This document shows positions 49,528 to 59,048 of a DNA stretch of 64,000 bases, piece after piece. The notes under the pieces were generated by a model. The model was not told the DNA's origin, did no database searches, and saw only the letters and a list, made by a program, of their open reading frames with translations. Source of the DNA: Nannocystales bacterium (GTDB taxonomy: Bacteria; Myxococcota_A; Polyangia; Nannocystales; Nannocystaceae); the NCBI GenBank assembly GCA_050633305.1, contig JBOEGF010000017.1, positions 14,433 through 78,432 of the forward strand. Reading direction: 5' to 3'. A program made the translations under genes and the position numbers. Numbering within the stretch: position 1 is the first letter of the stretch; each line of letters starts with the position of its first letter.

Positions 49528-49558
49528 GGGGACCGGGGGGCCACGCTAGACTGAGGCG

Positions 49559-50989
49559 ATGCAGAGCCGAACTTGGATGTGGGGGATGGGGCTTGCCGTC
49601 CTGACCGGGTGCGCGAACCCGTGTGAGGACGATGGATTGATTCAAGACCAAGCGCAGGAATGCGCCGCGGACTCTGCGGGGAGCGCGGGGGAGACCGAAG
49701 GCCCCATTGGGATCGACTCTGAAACGGAAGGAGAGAGCGCCAGCGCGTCCGATTCCGCCAACTCGGACAGCGATTCGAACAGTGGCACGGGCTCCGACTC
49801 CGACTCCGACTCCGACTCCGACTCCGACTCCGACTCCGACTCCGACTCCGACTCCGACTCCGATACGGACAGCGATTCCGACTCCGATACGGACAGCGAT
49901 TCCGACTCCGATACGGACAGCGATTCTGACTCTGACTCTGACTCTGACTCCGACTCCGGAACGGACTCCGACACCGCCGGATCCACGGCATACTGTGAAG
50001 ACACCGATGACGACGGGTTCGGCGACCCGGACGCATGCGTCGATATCCCCGACGGTGAAACGCCGCCGGACGGCTCCGTCCCCAACGGGGAAGACTGTGA
50101 CGACGACAACGAGCACACGTTTCCTGGTGCGGCTGAGAACGACTCTGCGACCGAGTGTATGCAGGACGAGGACGGCGATGGCTGGGGCGACGACGACCCC
50201 ACAGAGGGCGTCACCGAGGGGACGGACTGCAACGATGAGGATGTCGCGACCTTCCCCGGGGCGGCCGAGCTCGACTCGGCGACCGAGTGCATGCAGGACG
50301 AGGATGACGACGGCTGGGGCGACGACAGCCCGGACGATGGGGTGAGCGCCGGCTCGGATTGCAGCGACGACGGCATCGACCCTTGCGCCGTGCTGATCAC
50401 CCAGGACGGGACGGAGGACAACCCGTACGACCAGGACCTCATCGCGGCGCTTCAGCTCGATGGCTACGAGGTCCTCAACTTCGCGGACACCGATGTGGTG
50501 CTCGCCGATGGCAACGGCGTGGACGTCGTGGTCATCTCAGAGACCGCGCTGTCCGGTGAGATCGCGGGCACGATGGCGGACACCTCAGCACCGGTCGTCT
50601 GCCTGGAAGGACTCATCTGGGACGAGATGGGGATGGCCCCGCACGCCGAGACCACGGGCATCGAAGATGTCGTGATCCTCGACGAGGCCGACCCCTTGGC
50701 CGCGGGGCTGACCGGCGACGTGACGGTGGTGAGTGGTCCCGGTGCGGGGTTGTTCTTCGTCCCTGCGCCTGCCGGGGCGACCATCATCAGCGCCGTCGCG
50801 GGGAGTCCCGAAGATGTCGTGGAGTTCGCCTATGAATCCGGCGCGACCATGCTCGATGGTTTCGTCGCCCCCAACCGTCGCCTGGGGCTGGGCTTCGACG
50901 CGGACCAAAGTGGAGCGCCGAACGTGAACGTGGAAGCGGACGGCATCGCGCTGTTCCGTGCGGCAGTCACATGGGTGACCGCCGGGTAG
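49559..50989 (+). CDS. Acidic lipoprotein with Ser-Asp repeats and Asp/Cys-rich putative metal-binding repeats
   Basis: LTGC lipobox, (SD)n tract and repeated D.D.DGWGD...DC.D.....FPGAAE. Confidence 0.85.
   Translation: MQSRTWMWGMGLAVLTGCANPCEDDGLIQDQAQECAADSAGSAGETEGPIGIDSETEGESASASDSANSDSDSNSGTGSDSDSDSDSDSDSDSDSDSDSDSDTDSDSDSDTDSDSDSDTDSDSDSDSDSDSDSGTDSDTAGSTAYCEDTDDDGFGDPDACVDIPDGETPPDGSVPNGEDCDDDNEHTFPGAAENDSATECMQDEDGDGWGDDDPTEGVTEGTDCNDEDVATFPGAAELDSATECMQDEDDDGWGDDSPDDGVSAGSDCSDDGIDPCAVLITQDGTEDNPYDQDLIAALQLDGYEVLNFADTDVVLADGNGVDVVVISETALSGEIAGTMADTSAPVVCLEGLIWDEMGMAPHAETTGIEDVVILDEADPLAAGLTGDVTVVSGPGAGLFFVPAPAGATIISAVAGSPEDVVEFAYESGATMLDGFVAPNRRLGLGFDADQSGAPNVNVEADGIALFRAAVTWVTAG
49792..49958. 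repeat. Hexanucleotide repeat (GACTCC/GACTCT)n with interspersed 24-bp units, encoding Ser-Asp
   Basis: Directly visible tandem array inside the lipoprotein gene. Confidence 0.95.
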
Positions 50990-50997
50990 CCGGAGCG

Positions 50998-51810
50998 CTA
51001 CGGACGACTGCTCGCCATCAAGACGCGCGTGTACAAGGGCGTGAACCCTCGCCCTTGCACGTTCTGGTTCGACTTGGATCCCGGCGTGGTGGTGACGCAC
51101 GCCAGTTCGGCGCCGTGATCCCGCGCCACGGCCAGTCGGTGCTCGAGCATTGCGGTGTGCAAGCCCTGTCGGCGGTGGCTGCGTAGCGTCGCCGCCCCGC
51201 CGAGGAACGCAATGCTGTCCTCCAGCGACATGCTCGCGGCGGCAACGAGTTCCCCGCCACGCAACCCGACATGCCGAGTGGCATGGTCCGCCATCGAGCG
51301 GACCGCCTTGCGGAGTTCGATGCGCGAGATCGGCTCGACCGCGTTGCCATCCTCATCGTCCGGAGCCATGAACCCGGCCACGATGATGTCGAGCCACGAC
51401 TCGAGTTCGGCCGGCGGGCTCTGACGGACCTCGATGTCTTCGCGAACGATCACCGAGGACTCCCCCTCCAAAGACTGACCCAAGACGACCTCGAATCCGG
51501 CAAGCCGATAGCCCCGATCGGCGAGGGCGAGGGCGACATCGGGGTCGGCCAAGCTGGGGAGCTCGACCACCACACTCGCGCCCGAGGCCGCGAACAACTC
51601 CTCGACCTCGGCCAGTGCGGCCACGTCGAGATCGACACCAACGACCTTCGTGAGGGGCGACTGGGCACCCGCAAAGATCGCCACACCGCCACCGACTTCC
51701 AGCGTGAATCCGCCGACGCTCTCTGCGGCTTGGCCGAGATCCGTCGCGACCGCGTTTTCGATACGCCGACACAGTTCAAGGGAGCAGAACACCGTTCCGG
51801 CATGTATCAC
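50998..51810 (-). CDS. GNAT family N-acetyltransferase
   Basis: GAATL.SHRRQGLH..L..RL acetyl-CoA motif and PGSKS..NV...GF..LYTR. Start uncertain. Confidence 0.88.
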   Translation of the reverse strand: MIHAGTVFCSLELCRRIENAVATDLGQAAESVGGFTLEVGGGVAIFAGAQSPLTKVVGVDLDVAALAEVEELFAASGASVVVELPSLADPDVALALADRGYRLAGFEVVLGQSLEGESSVIVREDIEVRQSPPAELESWLDIIVAGFMAPDDEDGNAVEPISRIELRKAVRSMADHATRHVGLRGGELVAAASMSLEDSIAFLGGAATLRSHRRQGLHTAMLEHRLAVARDHGAELACVTTTPGSKSNQNVQGRGFTPLYTRVLMASSRP

Positions 51811-52003
51811 GGCGACTTCGCCGGTTCTTCGCCCCGGGCGCAGTGCCGTTGCTCGGAGCGTGGCCGCCCCCACATGTTCGACCGCTGCGCGCGAGTCGGA
51901 CGCGCCGCCCGCGAGCCTTCCGGCCCGGATCCGGTCATGGCTCGCGTCGCACGGAGACTGCAAGGAGGCGCCCGGGCCAACTCGAGCCGCTGGGGCTGCT
52001 CGC

Positions 52004-52933
52004 TCAAGCCAGGAGTGCGGCGGCCATCGCCCACAGCGGCAGCATCACCGCCGCCAGGAGCGAGGACACCACGACGGCCCCCGCGACGCGGTCGGCTTCC
52101 ACCCGGGCATCGTGGGCCATGGAGAACGTGGTGATCGCCAGAGGCATCGCAGCAAGCAGGACGTGCACCCGCGCGAGTTCCGGTGGGAGCCACCCCATCG
52201 CCACCGCTGCCCAGGCGAGCACCAACACCAAGGCCGGAGCCGCCAGCATCCGTGCTCCGACCAGTGCAAGCACCGCCACACCGATGCTGCCGACACGGGC
52301 CCGCTCGATGAACACGTGTAGGCCCAACAGAAACAGCGCGATGACGGCCGCACTGGCAGCGAAGGGTTGCAGCACATCGGCCGCCACCGTGCGTAGGTCG
52401 GCAGAGCCCGATCGCATCGCCAACCCCACCGCTGGGGCCCAGAACAACGGCTGCCGCGCGACACGGCGGACGACCTCGCGAACCCCACCGCCCGCGCCCG
52501 AAGCCCGGGCCAAGAGCGCCGGCCCCACCGTCACCGCACCGCTGACGTGGACCGCGACCGCCAGCGCGGCCGGACCGGCCATCCCCTCGCCCATCACGGC
52601 GAGCACGTACGGCAGGCCGAGGTACGCCACGTTGCCGAACGTCATGCCCAGCCCAAGCGCGGAGTCCCGGGCCCGCGGCACCCCGAACAACAGGAGCGTC
52701 AGCGCCACCGGCCACAGCAGCCAAAACGCCGGTTGGTGTGGAATGACCGCCGAGGGCAGAAGAAGGCCGCGGGTCACCAAGGCCGGGAACCCGATGTACA
52801 GCGCGTAGCGGTTGAGCACGACGACCGCCGCCCGAGGGTCGGGGAACAACCGCAGCGCACCGCAGGCACCGCCCAGCACCGCGGGCACGGCGAGCTGCAG
52901 CAGGCGCAGCGTGGTGTCGAGGCCGACGATCAT
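52004..52933 (-). CDS. AEC family transporter
   Basis: About ten TMs with LNRYALYIGFPAL, FGNVAYLGLP and AAMPLA. Confidence 0.88.
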   Translation of the reverse strand: MIVGLDTTLRLLQLAVPAVLGGACGALRLFPDPRAAVVVLNRYALYIGFPALVTRGLLLPSAVIPHQPAFWLLWPVALTLLLFGVPRARDSALGLGMTFGNVAYLGLPYVLAVMGEGMAGPAALAVAVHVSGAVTVGPALLARASGAGGGVREVVRRVARQPLFWAPAVGLAMRSGSADLRTVAADVLQPFAASAAVIALFLLGLHVFIERARVGSIGVAVLALVGARMLAAPALVLVLAWAAVAMGWLPPELARVHVLLAAMPLAITTFSMAHDARVEADRVAGAVVVSSLLAAVMLPLWAMAAALLA

Positions 52934-53649
52934 CGTTTGCGGCGACGCCGGCGATTCTTCAGCGAGCCGTCGGTGAGCATCTCGGCGGTTCGCCGCCGCG
53001 TGATCTCAACCTCGGGCTTGGCGAACACGCGGTCGGGCCAGGGCAAGTCCCGCGGACGTTTGTTCATGATGCTGACCGCGTAGGTCGAGTGCGGCAGGCC
53101 GAAGAAGTGTCCAAGTTCGTGGGCCATGACCGTGAACTTGGCGATCGAGGAGAGGATCACCCAGCGCTTGGCGACGTTGGGGCGGTAGCGCCAGTGCACA
53201 CCTCGAATGACCTCTCCGGCCACATCAACATCCGCGAGCCGCTTCACCACGAATACATGGACCACGCCTGTGCTGAATGCGTTCTTCCCGAGCAGGTCTC
53301 GGTCGGACCGCGTCTGTACGTCCCCGACGTCCACGGGCAATGTGTCGGCGGAGGAGACCTCGAAGCCCACAGAGATGACCGCGAACAACCCGTTCGCGTG
53401 TGCGATCTGGTCGTGCAGCCACAAGGGAGTCTGAACCGGCTCCCCCTCCTGCGTTCCATCCGAGGTCACGATGTGCACCGCCAAGCCGATGCAGCGCTTC
53501 GCCGCAAGGGGGCACTGCCCTGTCCCGGTCTCGAACGCCCGAAACCCGAGCTGGTCTTTGGCCGCCGCGACCGCAGCCACGTGGGCCGCCCACTCGGTTC
53601 CGAACATGCCCAACGTGGAGGCGAGGACGAGGCCGGCGGCCAACATCAC
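52930..53649 (-). CDS. Secreted metzincin-type metallopeptidase
   Basis: HELGHFFGLPH (HExxHxxGxxH) and SIM Met-turn. Confidence 0.82.
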   Translation of the reverse strand: MMLAAGLVLASTLGMFGTEWAAHVAAVAAAKDQLGFRAFETGTGQCPLAAKRCIGLAVHIVTSDGTQEGEPVQTPLWLHDQIAHANGLFAVISVGFEVSSADTLPVDVGDVQTRSDRDLLGKNAFSTGVVHVFVVKRLADVDVAGEVIRGVHWRYRPNVAKRWVILSSIAKFTVMAHELGHFFGLPHSTYAVSIMNKRPRDLPWPDRVFAKPEVEITRRRTAEMLTDGSLKNRRRRRKR

Positions 53650-54560
53650 ACCACCGCCGACCGTGCGAGCTGCAACATTTCGAAGATCGCCCGCGTGGCG
53701 GGGCTCTTGTTGAGCGTATAGAAGTGGAGTCCAGCGACGCCTCGTGGGCGTTTGGAATACGGGTCGGGCGCGGGCGGGTTGAGCAACTGCTCACACTGCC
53801 GCGCCGAGTAGGAGACGCCGGTCCAGAACACCTCGTGAGGGTCCCCGTCGGCTCGGTGCAGGGCATCGTGAAGCGGGGTCGGAATGGAGGCGCCACACAT
53901 CTTGGTGAAGCGCTCGACCTGCGAGACATTGGTGACCGGCATGATGCCCGCGAGGATCGGCACCGTGATGCCGGCCGCCCGGGCCCTGGCCTGCCACGAG
54001 TAGAACGCCAGGTTGTCGAAGAACAACTGCGAAACGAGGAAGTCGGTCCCCGCATCGACCTTGCGTCGCAGGTTCTCGAGGTCCTCGGCGGCCGACGGGG
54101 CCTCGGGGTGAACCTCGGGGTAACAAGCGGCCCCGACACAGAAGTCGCCGCGCTCTTTGATGAACGCGACGAGCTCGTTTGCGTATCGCAGACCGCCCTG
54201 TGTCGCTTGAAACGTATCCTCCCCCTGCGGCGGGTCGCCGCGAAGGGCCAGGACGTTGTGCACGCCAGCGTCGGCGAGCCCATCGAGCACTCGGGCAAGC
54301 TCGTCACGCGTCGCGCCGACACACGTCAAGTGGGCCAGCGGCTCGATGCCAAAGTCACGCCGGATCCGGCTGACCAGCTGCAACGTTCGGGTGCGGGTGC
54401 TGCCCCCGGCCCCGTAGGTCACCGACACGAAATCGGGCTCGAGCGGAGCAAGCCGCTCCAAAGAGCGCAACAGGGCACTTTCGCCCTTTTCCGTCTTCGG
54501 AGGGAAGAACTCGAAGCTGAAGACGGGCCGCTTGTGGCGCAGGCGCTCGGCGATCAACAC
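53646..54560 (-). CDS. metF: Methylenetetrahydrofolate reductase
   Basis: SFEFFPPK, SVTYGAGGS, HLTCV, LALRGDPP, YPEVHP and HFYTLNK. GTG 54560 lies 7 nt after TATGGT; ATG 54572 is an alternative start. Confidence 0.96.
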   Translation of the reverse strand: MLIAERLRHKRPVFSFEFFPPKTEKGESALLRSLERLAPLEPDFVSVTYGAGGSTRTRTLQLVSRIRRDFGIEPLAHLTCVGATRDELARVLDGLADAGVHNVLALRGDPPQGEDTFQATQGGLRYANELVAFIKERGDFCVGAACYPEVHPEAPSAAEDLENLRRKVDAGTDFLVSQLFFDNLAFYSWQARARAAGITVPILAGIMPVTNVSQVERFTKMCGASIPTPLHDALHRADGDPHEVFWTGVSYSARQCEQLLNPPAPDPYSKRPRGVAGLHFYTLNKSPATRAIFEMLQLARSAVV

Positions 54561-54589
54561 GACTCGCACCATAGCGTTATCCTCTGGCG

Positions 54590-55705
54590 ATGACCCGCGC
54601 GTCGATTCTTGGTCTGTTTGTCCTCCTCGCCCCGGCCTGCGAGGAAGACGCAGAGCCCGCCGCCGAAAGCGACGCCGCGACCGAATCCCCGGCGACAAGC
54701 GCGGGGAGCACCGGGAGCCCGGGCAGCACCACCACGGCCGCGGGCTCGACCGCCGCCGATGCATCCAGCGGCGGAGAGGTCCTGTGTAGCGACAGCCCGA
54801 ACGCGTTGGCGGACTGCGTCGAAGAAGCTCGCTACCTCGACACCCTGGAGTTCGTCGCCCAGACCCGTAGCCCCGCCGAGCCCCATTGGCAGGTCGTGCA
54901 GGACCACCTCGCCGCGGAGCTCGAAGCCTTGGGGTACGAGGTCGAACTCGACATCTACGAGACCGGCACCAACGTGCTCGGGCGACTTCGCGGCACCCTG
55001 GGAACCTCGGATGTGATCATCTCCGCCCACTACGACTCCGTGTCCAACTGCGAAGGGGCGGACGACAACGCCAGCGGTGTCGCCGGAGCTCTCGAAGCGG
55101 CACGGGTCCTGGCGCAGGGTGAGTACGAACAAGACCTGGTCATCGCATTCTGGGACCAGGAAGAGCTCGGGCTCATCGGCGCGAGTTCCTACGTCGACCG
55201 TGCGGCCGCGCGCGGCGACGATGTCGCGGCCAACTACAACCTCGAGATGATCGGCTACACCGATGACACCCCAGGTGCCCAGACGATTCCAGCCGGATTC
55301 GATGCGCTCTTTCCCGAAGGGTACGGGCAGATCGAGGACAACGAGTTCCGAGGGGACTTCATCACCGTCGTGGCGGACGACCTCATCGCGGACGGCGCGG
55401 CTGCGATGGTGGCTCAAGGGCAGCGGCTCGACCTCCCGGTCGTGCACATCGAGCTGGACGCCGACCTCAAGAACAACCCCCTGCTCTCCGACCTCCGCCG
55501 CTCGGACCACGCGCCGTTTTGGGAGGTGGACTACCCGGCGATGATGATCACCGACACCTCCGAGTTCCGCTTCCCAAACTACCACTGCGACCCAGCGCCC
55601 GACGTCGTCGAGGACCTCGACCATGCGTTCTCCCGCAAGGTCGTGGCCGCGACCGTGGGGGCCGCGGCTACGACGCTTGTCCTCGTCGGTCCCGCCGGCG
55701 GCTGA
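54590..55705 (+). CDS. M28 family peptidase lipoprotein
   Basis: SAHYDS, GADDNASG, EELGLIG, NLEMIGY, SDHAPFW and YH. Confidence 0.92.
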   Translation: MTRASILGLFVLLAPACEEDAEPAAESDAATESPATSAGSTGSPGSTTTAAGSTAADASSGGEVLCSDSPNALADCVEEARYLDTLEFVAQTRSPAEPHWQVVQDHLAAELEALGYEVELDIYETGTNVLGRLRGTLGTSDVIISAHYDSVSNCEGADDNASGVAGALEAARVLAQGEYEQDLVIAFWDQEELGLIGASSYVDRAAARGDDVAANYNLEMIGYTDDTPGAQTIPAGFDALFPEGYGQIEDNEFRGDFITVVADDLIADGAAAMVAQGQRLDLPVVHIELDADLKNNPLLSDLRRSDHAPFWEVDYPAMMITDTSEFRFPNYHCDPAPDVVEDLDHAFSRKVVAATVGAAATTLVLVGPAGG

Positions 55706-56543
55706 ACGCGAACAGCGGAATCAGGACGAGCCAAGCCGCCGTCCCGCTGCCTCCGACCGCGCAACCGCTGCCGCCGCCCGGCTCGCCTTGGCCGATGCCG
55801 TCGGTTTCGGTCGGCGCGTCGGTCGACGTCCCCGGAGGCTGATCAGTCCCGTTGGATCCCGCGGATGCCCCGCTGCTGGTACTTCCGCCCGGCTCGCCCG
55901 TCGGGTCCGGCGTCCCGGTCGAGGTCGCGGGCTCCCCCGTCGGATCTCCGGAGCTGCCTCCGCTAGGGCCTCCCGTCGTGTCTCCGGCTCCGGCCGGGGC
56001 GATCGAGATATTGGCGCAGTGGTAGTAGAAACACGGCGCGCTGTGGCTCGACATGTACTGCACGACTTGCAGGGTGCAGTTGTCGCAGGTGACATCCTCG
56101 GGGAGCGTGACCTCGAAAGACTGCTCTCCGTCGAACGGGCCGCTGTGGGCAAGCATCCCGTCCGCAATCACGGGGAACACGGGCGGGTCCATGATCTCCG
56201 TGCTCGCACACTGGTCTTGCGGCGTCGGTGTGATCGGCGGATCAGCCGGGAGCTCGCTGACGTCGTTGGTGGCGAGTGCGACCCGGTAGTGCCCCGGATG
56301 ATAGATCTGCTCGCTGATCGTGATCGAGACCGTGTCCCCCGCCGTGTACGCCGTGATGTCCCCGGTCAGCGCGCCATCGACCGTGCCACACGGGTAATCC
56401 TTCTGCGGATCGCCCAGATCATTCTGCACGGTCATCACCGCGGGTGCTTCGAGGCGGAAGTGCGCCTGCGCATCGTCGGTCGTGATGGCGGTCGAGCCGA
56501 TCGCCAAGCCAGTGAGAGTCGTCAGAATCGCAAGCCGTCGCAT
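55668..56543 (-). CDS. SCE4755-family polysaccharide-monooxygenase-like protein with MYXO-CTERM-like tail
   Basis: Signal ends AQA with His as first mature residue. QK..PCG, IYHPGHYRVA, CTLQV.Q, YYHCA, and C-terminal GCAVG-TM-RRR. Confidence 0.85.
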   Translation of the reverse strand: MRRLAILTTLTGLAIGSTAITTDDAQAHFRLEAPAVMTVQNDLGDPQKDYPCGTVDGALTGDITAYTAGDTVSITISEQIYHPGHYRVALATNDVSELPADPPITPTPQDQCASTEIMDPPVFPVIADGMLAHSGPFDGEQSFEVTLPEDVTCDNCTLQVVQYMSSHSAPCFYYHCANISIAPAGAGDTTGGPSGGSSGDPTGEPATSTGTPDPTGEPGGSTSSGASAGSNGTDQPPGTSTDAPTETDGIGQGEPGGGSGCAVGGSGTAAWLVLIPLFAFSRRRDRRGQAS

Positions 56544-56718
56544 CGGCGCATCGTATCAGGATCACAGCAAGAGCCCGGTCGGACCCAGACTGCGGTCGCC
56601 CCTGCGAGAACGCATACGAACCGTGCACGCAGGGCACCGGGATGTCGCGGGAGGCCGCGCCGAGGTGCATTGCCCCCGGGGTTGCTACGCTGCGGTGTGC
56701 CCAGCGGCTGAGTTCGGC

Positions 56719-57489
56719 TCAGCGCGCCCGGGTGACATCGGCGGCATGCACCACGCGCAGCCCGGCCTCGGTCTGCACACGAAGCGCGCCAGCATCGTCG
56801 ATACCGAGCGCCATTCCCTCGAACACCTCGGCGCCGGAGGTGACACGCACCCGCGTGCCAACCTGGAGGTTGGCCTGCTCGTACGCCTCGCGCATCGAAT
56901 CGAAACCGACGATCAAGAAGCCGTCGAGGCGTGCCTGCAACGCGGCGAGCAGACGCGCCAGCAATGTCGTGCGCCCCAGATGTACACCCACCTCATCCAG
57001 CGCGATGGCAACATCCTCCAGCCCTGGGTCGATGCCCTCACGCCGCAGATTCAGGCCAAACCCGACCACCAACTCGACGTCGGCGCCCCACCGCGACTCG
57101 CACAGAATCCCGCCGAGTTTCCGGTCCCCCACGAGCAAATCGTTGGGCCACTTCAGGCCGAGCCCGGGTACGGCACCCAGGCCTTCGTACAACGCAAGAC
57201 CCACCGCGAGGCCGACCGCCGAGAGGTCGCGGCGCGCCGAGGCCACCCGCAGCCCTAGGCTGACATAGAGGTTGTGCCCGGGCGGCGAGTTCCAGACCCG
57301 CCCATTGCGACCGCGGCCGGCGGTCTGCGTGTCCGCCGTGACCACGAGCCCGTGTGGCCCGCCCTCTCGCAGCCACGCCGCGGCCCGGTCGTTGGTGGAC
57401 GACAAACTCTGGTGGTGCTCGTGGGCATGCCCAAAGACCCGGGTGTGCAACGCGTCACCGAGTCTTCGGAGGTCGTCGTCGTGTTCCAT
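56719..57489 (-). CDS. birA: Biotin--protein ligase (no HTH domain)
   Basis: STND, QTAGRGRNGRVW.SP, KWPNDL and KLGGILCE. Confidence 0.95.
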   Translation of the reverse strand: MEHDDDLRRLGDALHTRVFGHAHEHHQSLSSTNDRAAAWLREGGPHGLVVTADTQTAGRGRNGRVWNSPPGHNLYVSLGLRVASARRDLSAVGLAVGLALYEGLGAVPGLGLKWPNDLLVGDRKLGGILCESRWGADVELVVGFGLNLRREGIDPGLEDVAIALDEVGVHLGRTTLLARLLAALQARLDGFLIVGFDSMREAYEQANLQVGTRVRVTSGAEVFEGMALGIDDAGALRVQTEAGLRVVHAADVTRAR

Positions 57490-57505
57490 GGGTGGGCGCT
57501 GCGGC

Positions 57506-58351
57506 TTAGGCGAATTCGAACAGCAAGGAGAGGTCGGCCGCGGGGGCGCTGTGGGTGAAAGCGCCGACGCTGATCACGTCGATGCCGATCTCGGCCAACG
57601 CCGCGACCCGCTCGATCGTGATGTTACCGCTGGCTTCGAGGATCGCCTTGCCCCCAAACCGGGCCACCGCTTCGCCGCACAGTTCGTTGTCCATGTTGTC
57701 GAGCATGATCACCTCGGCGCCGGCATCGATGGCCTCCTGAGCCTCGTCCAGCGTCGTGGTCTCGCACTCGATGCGCAGGCCGTGCGGCGCCCGAGCCTTG
57801 GCTCCCTGAACCGCCGCAGTGATGCCGCCAGCGGCACGGATGTGGTTTTCCTTGATGAGCACACCCGAGCTCAGGTCATTACGATGGTTGTGCCCACCGC
57901 CGCAGCGCACCGCGTAGCGCTGGAACGCGCGCAACCCCGGCGTGGTCTTACGGGTGTCCACCACCCGGCACCGTCCCGCTGCCGCATCGGCAAACTGCCG
58001 CACCACGGTCGAGGTGCCGCTGAGGCGCTGCATGAAGTTGAGCGCCGTTCGTTCCGCGACCAGCACCGCGCGGGCTGGACCCTCGATCGTCGCGACGACC
58101 GTCTTGGGCTCGACCTTCGTGCCGTCCGCGACGACGGCGGTGTATCGGACCGCGGGGTCCATCATCGAGAACGCCCGGGCCGCGATGCCCTGCCCGCACA
58201 ACACCAACGGCGCCTTGGCGACGATCTGCGCCTTCGCCTGGGCCTGCGCAGGGACGGTCGCAACCGTGGTGATGTCTGTAGAAGGGAGGTCTTCGTCGAA
58301 GGCACGCTGCAACACGCGGTCGATTTCACCGAACTCGAGGTCTCGCATCAT
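57506..58351 (-). CDS. nadC: Nicotinate-nucleotide diphosphorylase (carboxylating)
   Basis: ERTALNF.QRLSG, DTRKTTPGLR, LIKENH, MLDN and EASGNI. Confidence 0.96.
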   Translation of the reverse strand: MMRDLEFGEIDRVLQRAFDEDLPSTDITTVATVPAQAQAKAQIVAKAPLVLCGQGIAARAFSMMDPAVRYTAVVADGTKVEPKTVVATIEGPARAVLVAERTALNFMQRLSGTSTVVRQFADAAAGRCRVVDTRKTTPGLRAFQRYAVRCGGGHNHRNDLSSGVLIKENHIRAAGGITAAVQGAKARAPHGLRIECETTTLDEAQEAIDAGAEVIMLDNMDNELCGEAVARFGGKAILEASGNITIERVAALAEIGIDVISVGAFTHSAPAADLSLLFEFA

Positions 58352-58355
58352 CAGC

Positions 58356-59036
58356 TCATCGTCTTTCGGGGGCGACGCCCTCGGCGGTCCATGTCGTGAT
58401 GGGCCAGCTGCGGGCGTGGGCTTCTCGGCGAAGCCGAGGGTCGGGGTTGATCACATGGGCATGGCCCACGCGCTCGAGCATCGGGAGGTCGGAGATGCTG
58501 TCGCTGTAGAAGTAGCTAGCACCGAGATCCAGATCGTGCACGGCTGCAAACTCCTCGGCATGCGACACCTTCCCCGGCCCGTAACACGCGGGCTCGAAGT
58601 GCTTGCCGGTGAGCTTCCCGTCCGCGATCTCCAGCTGGGTGCACAGCACGTGCGGCACGTCCAGAATCTCAGCGACGGGCTTGCTGAGGAACGGCGTGGC
58701 CGAGGTCAGCAGGACCAACGTGTGGCCTTGCGCGCGGTGAGACTCGATCGCAGTGCGGGCCTGCGTGCAAATCGCCCACCGAACCTCGCGCTCAAACCAG
58801 GTCGCGACCTCTTCGTAGATCGGCTCGACCGCGTCCCCGCGATAGCGCGCCAACACCTTGCGCGCCATCGCATCGTAGTCGAGGAACCCGAACCGATACT
58901 GGCCGAGCCACATCAACGCTTGGCCGAGTTGGAGCGCGGTGAGCTGGCCGGTCTTCCATTGGTACCCGATCCACTTGGTGCCCGAGTTGACTTCAAGGAC
59001 CGTGTTGTCGATGTCGAAGAACGCGCCAATGGCCAT
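58356..59036 (-). CDS. HAD-IB family hydrolase
   Basis: FFDIDNTV, TSA, GK and YSDSISDLPML. Confidence 0.9.
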   Translation of the reverse strand: MAIGAFFDIDNTVLEVNSGTKWIGYQWKTGQLTALQLGQALMWLGQYRFGFLDYDAMARKVLARYRGDAVEPIYEEVATWFEREVRWAICTQARTAIESHRAQGHTLVLLTSATPFLSKPVAEILDVPHVLCTQLEIADGKLTGKHFEPACYGPGKVSHAEEFAAVHDLDLGASYFYSDSISDLPMLERVGHAHVINPDPRLRREAHARSWPITTWTAEGVAPERR

Positions 59037-59048
59037 GGTGTCCCGGTC

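Noticed and set aside
49419..50442. RS-, GV-, ES- and PT-repeat ORFs
   Set aside because: Alternative frames of the Ser-Asp hexamer repeat.
54573..54589. SAM riboswitch upstream of metF
   Set aside because: The intergenic space is too short.
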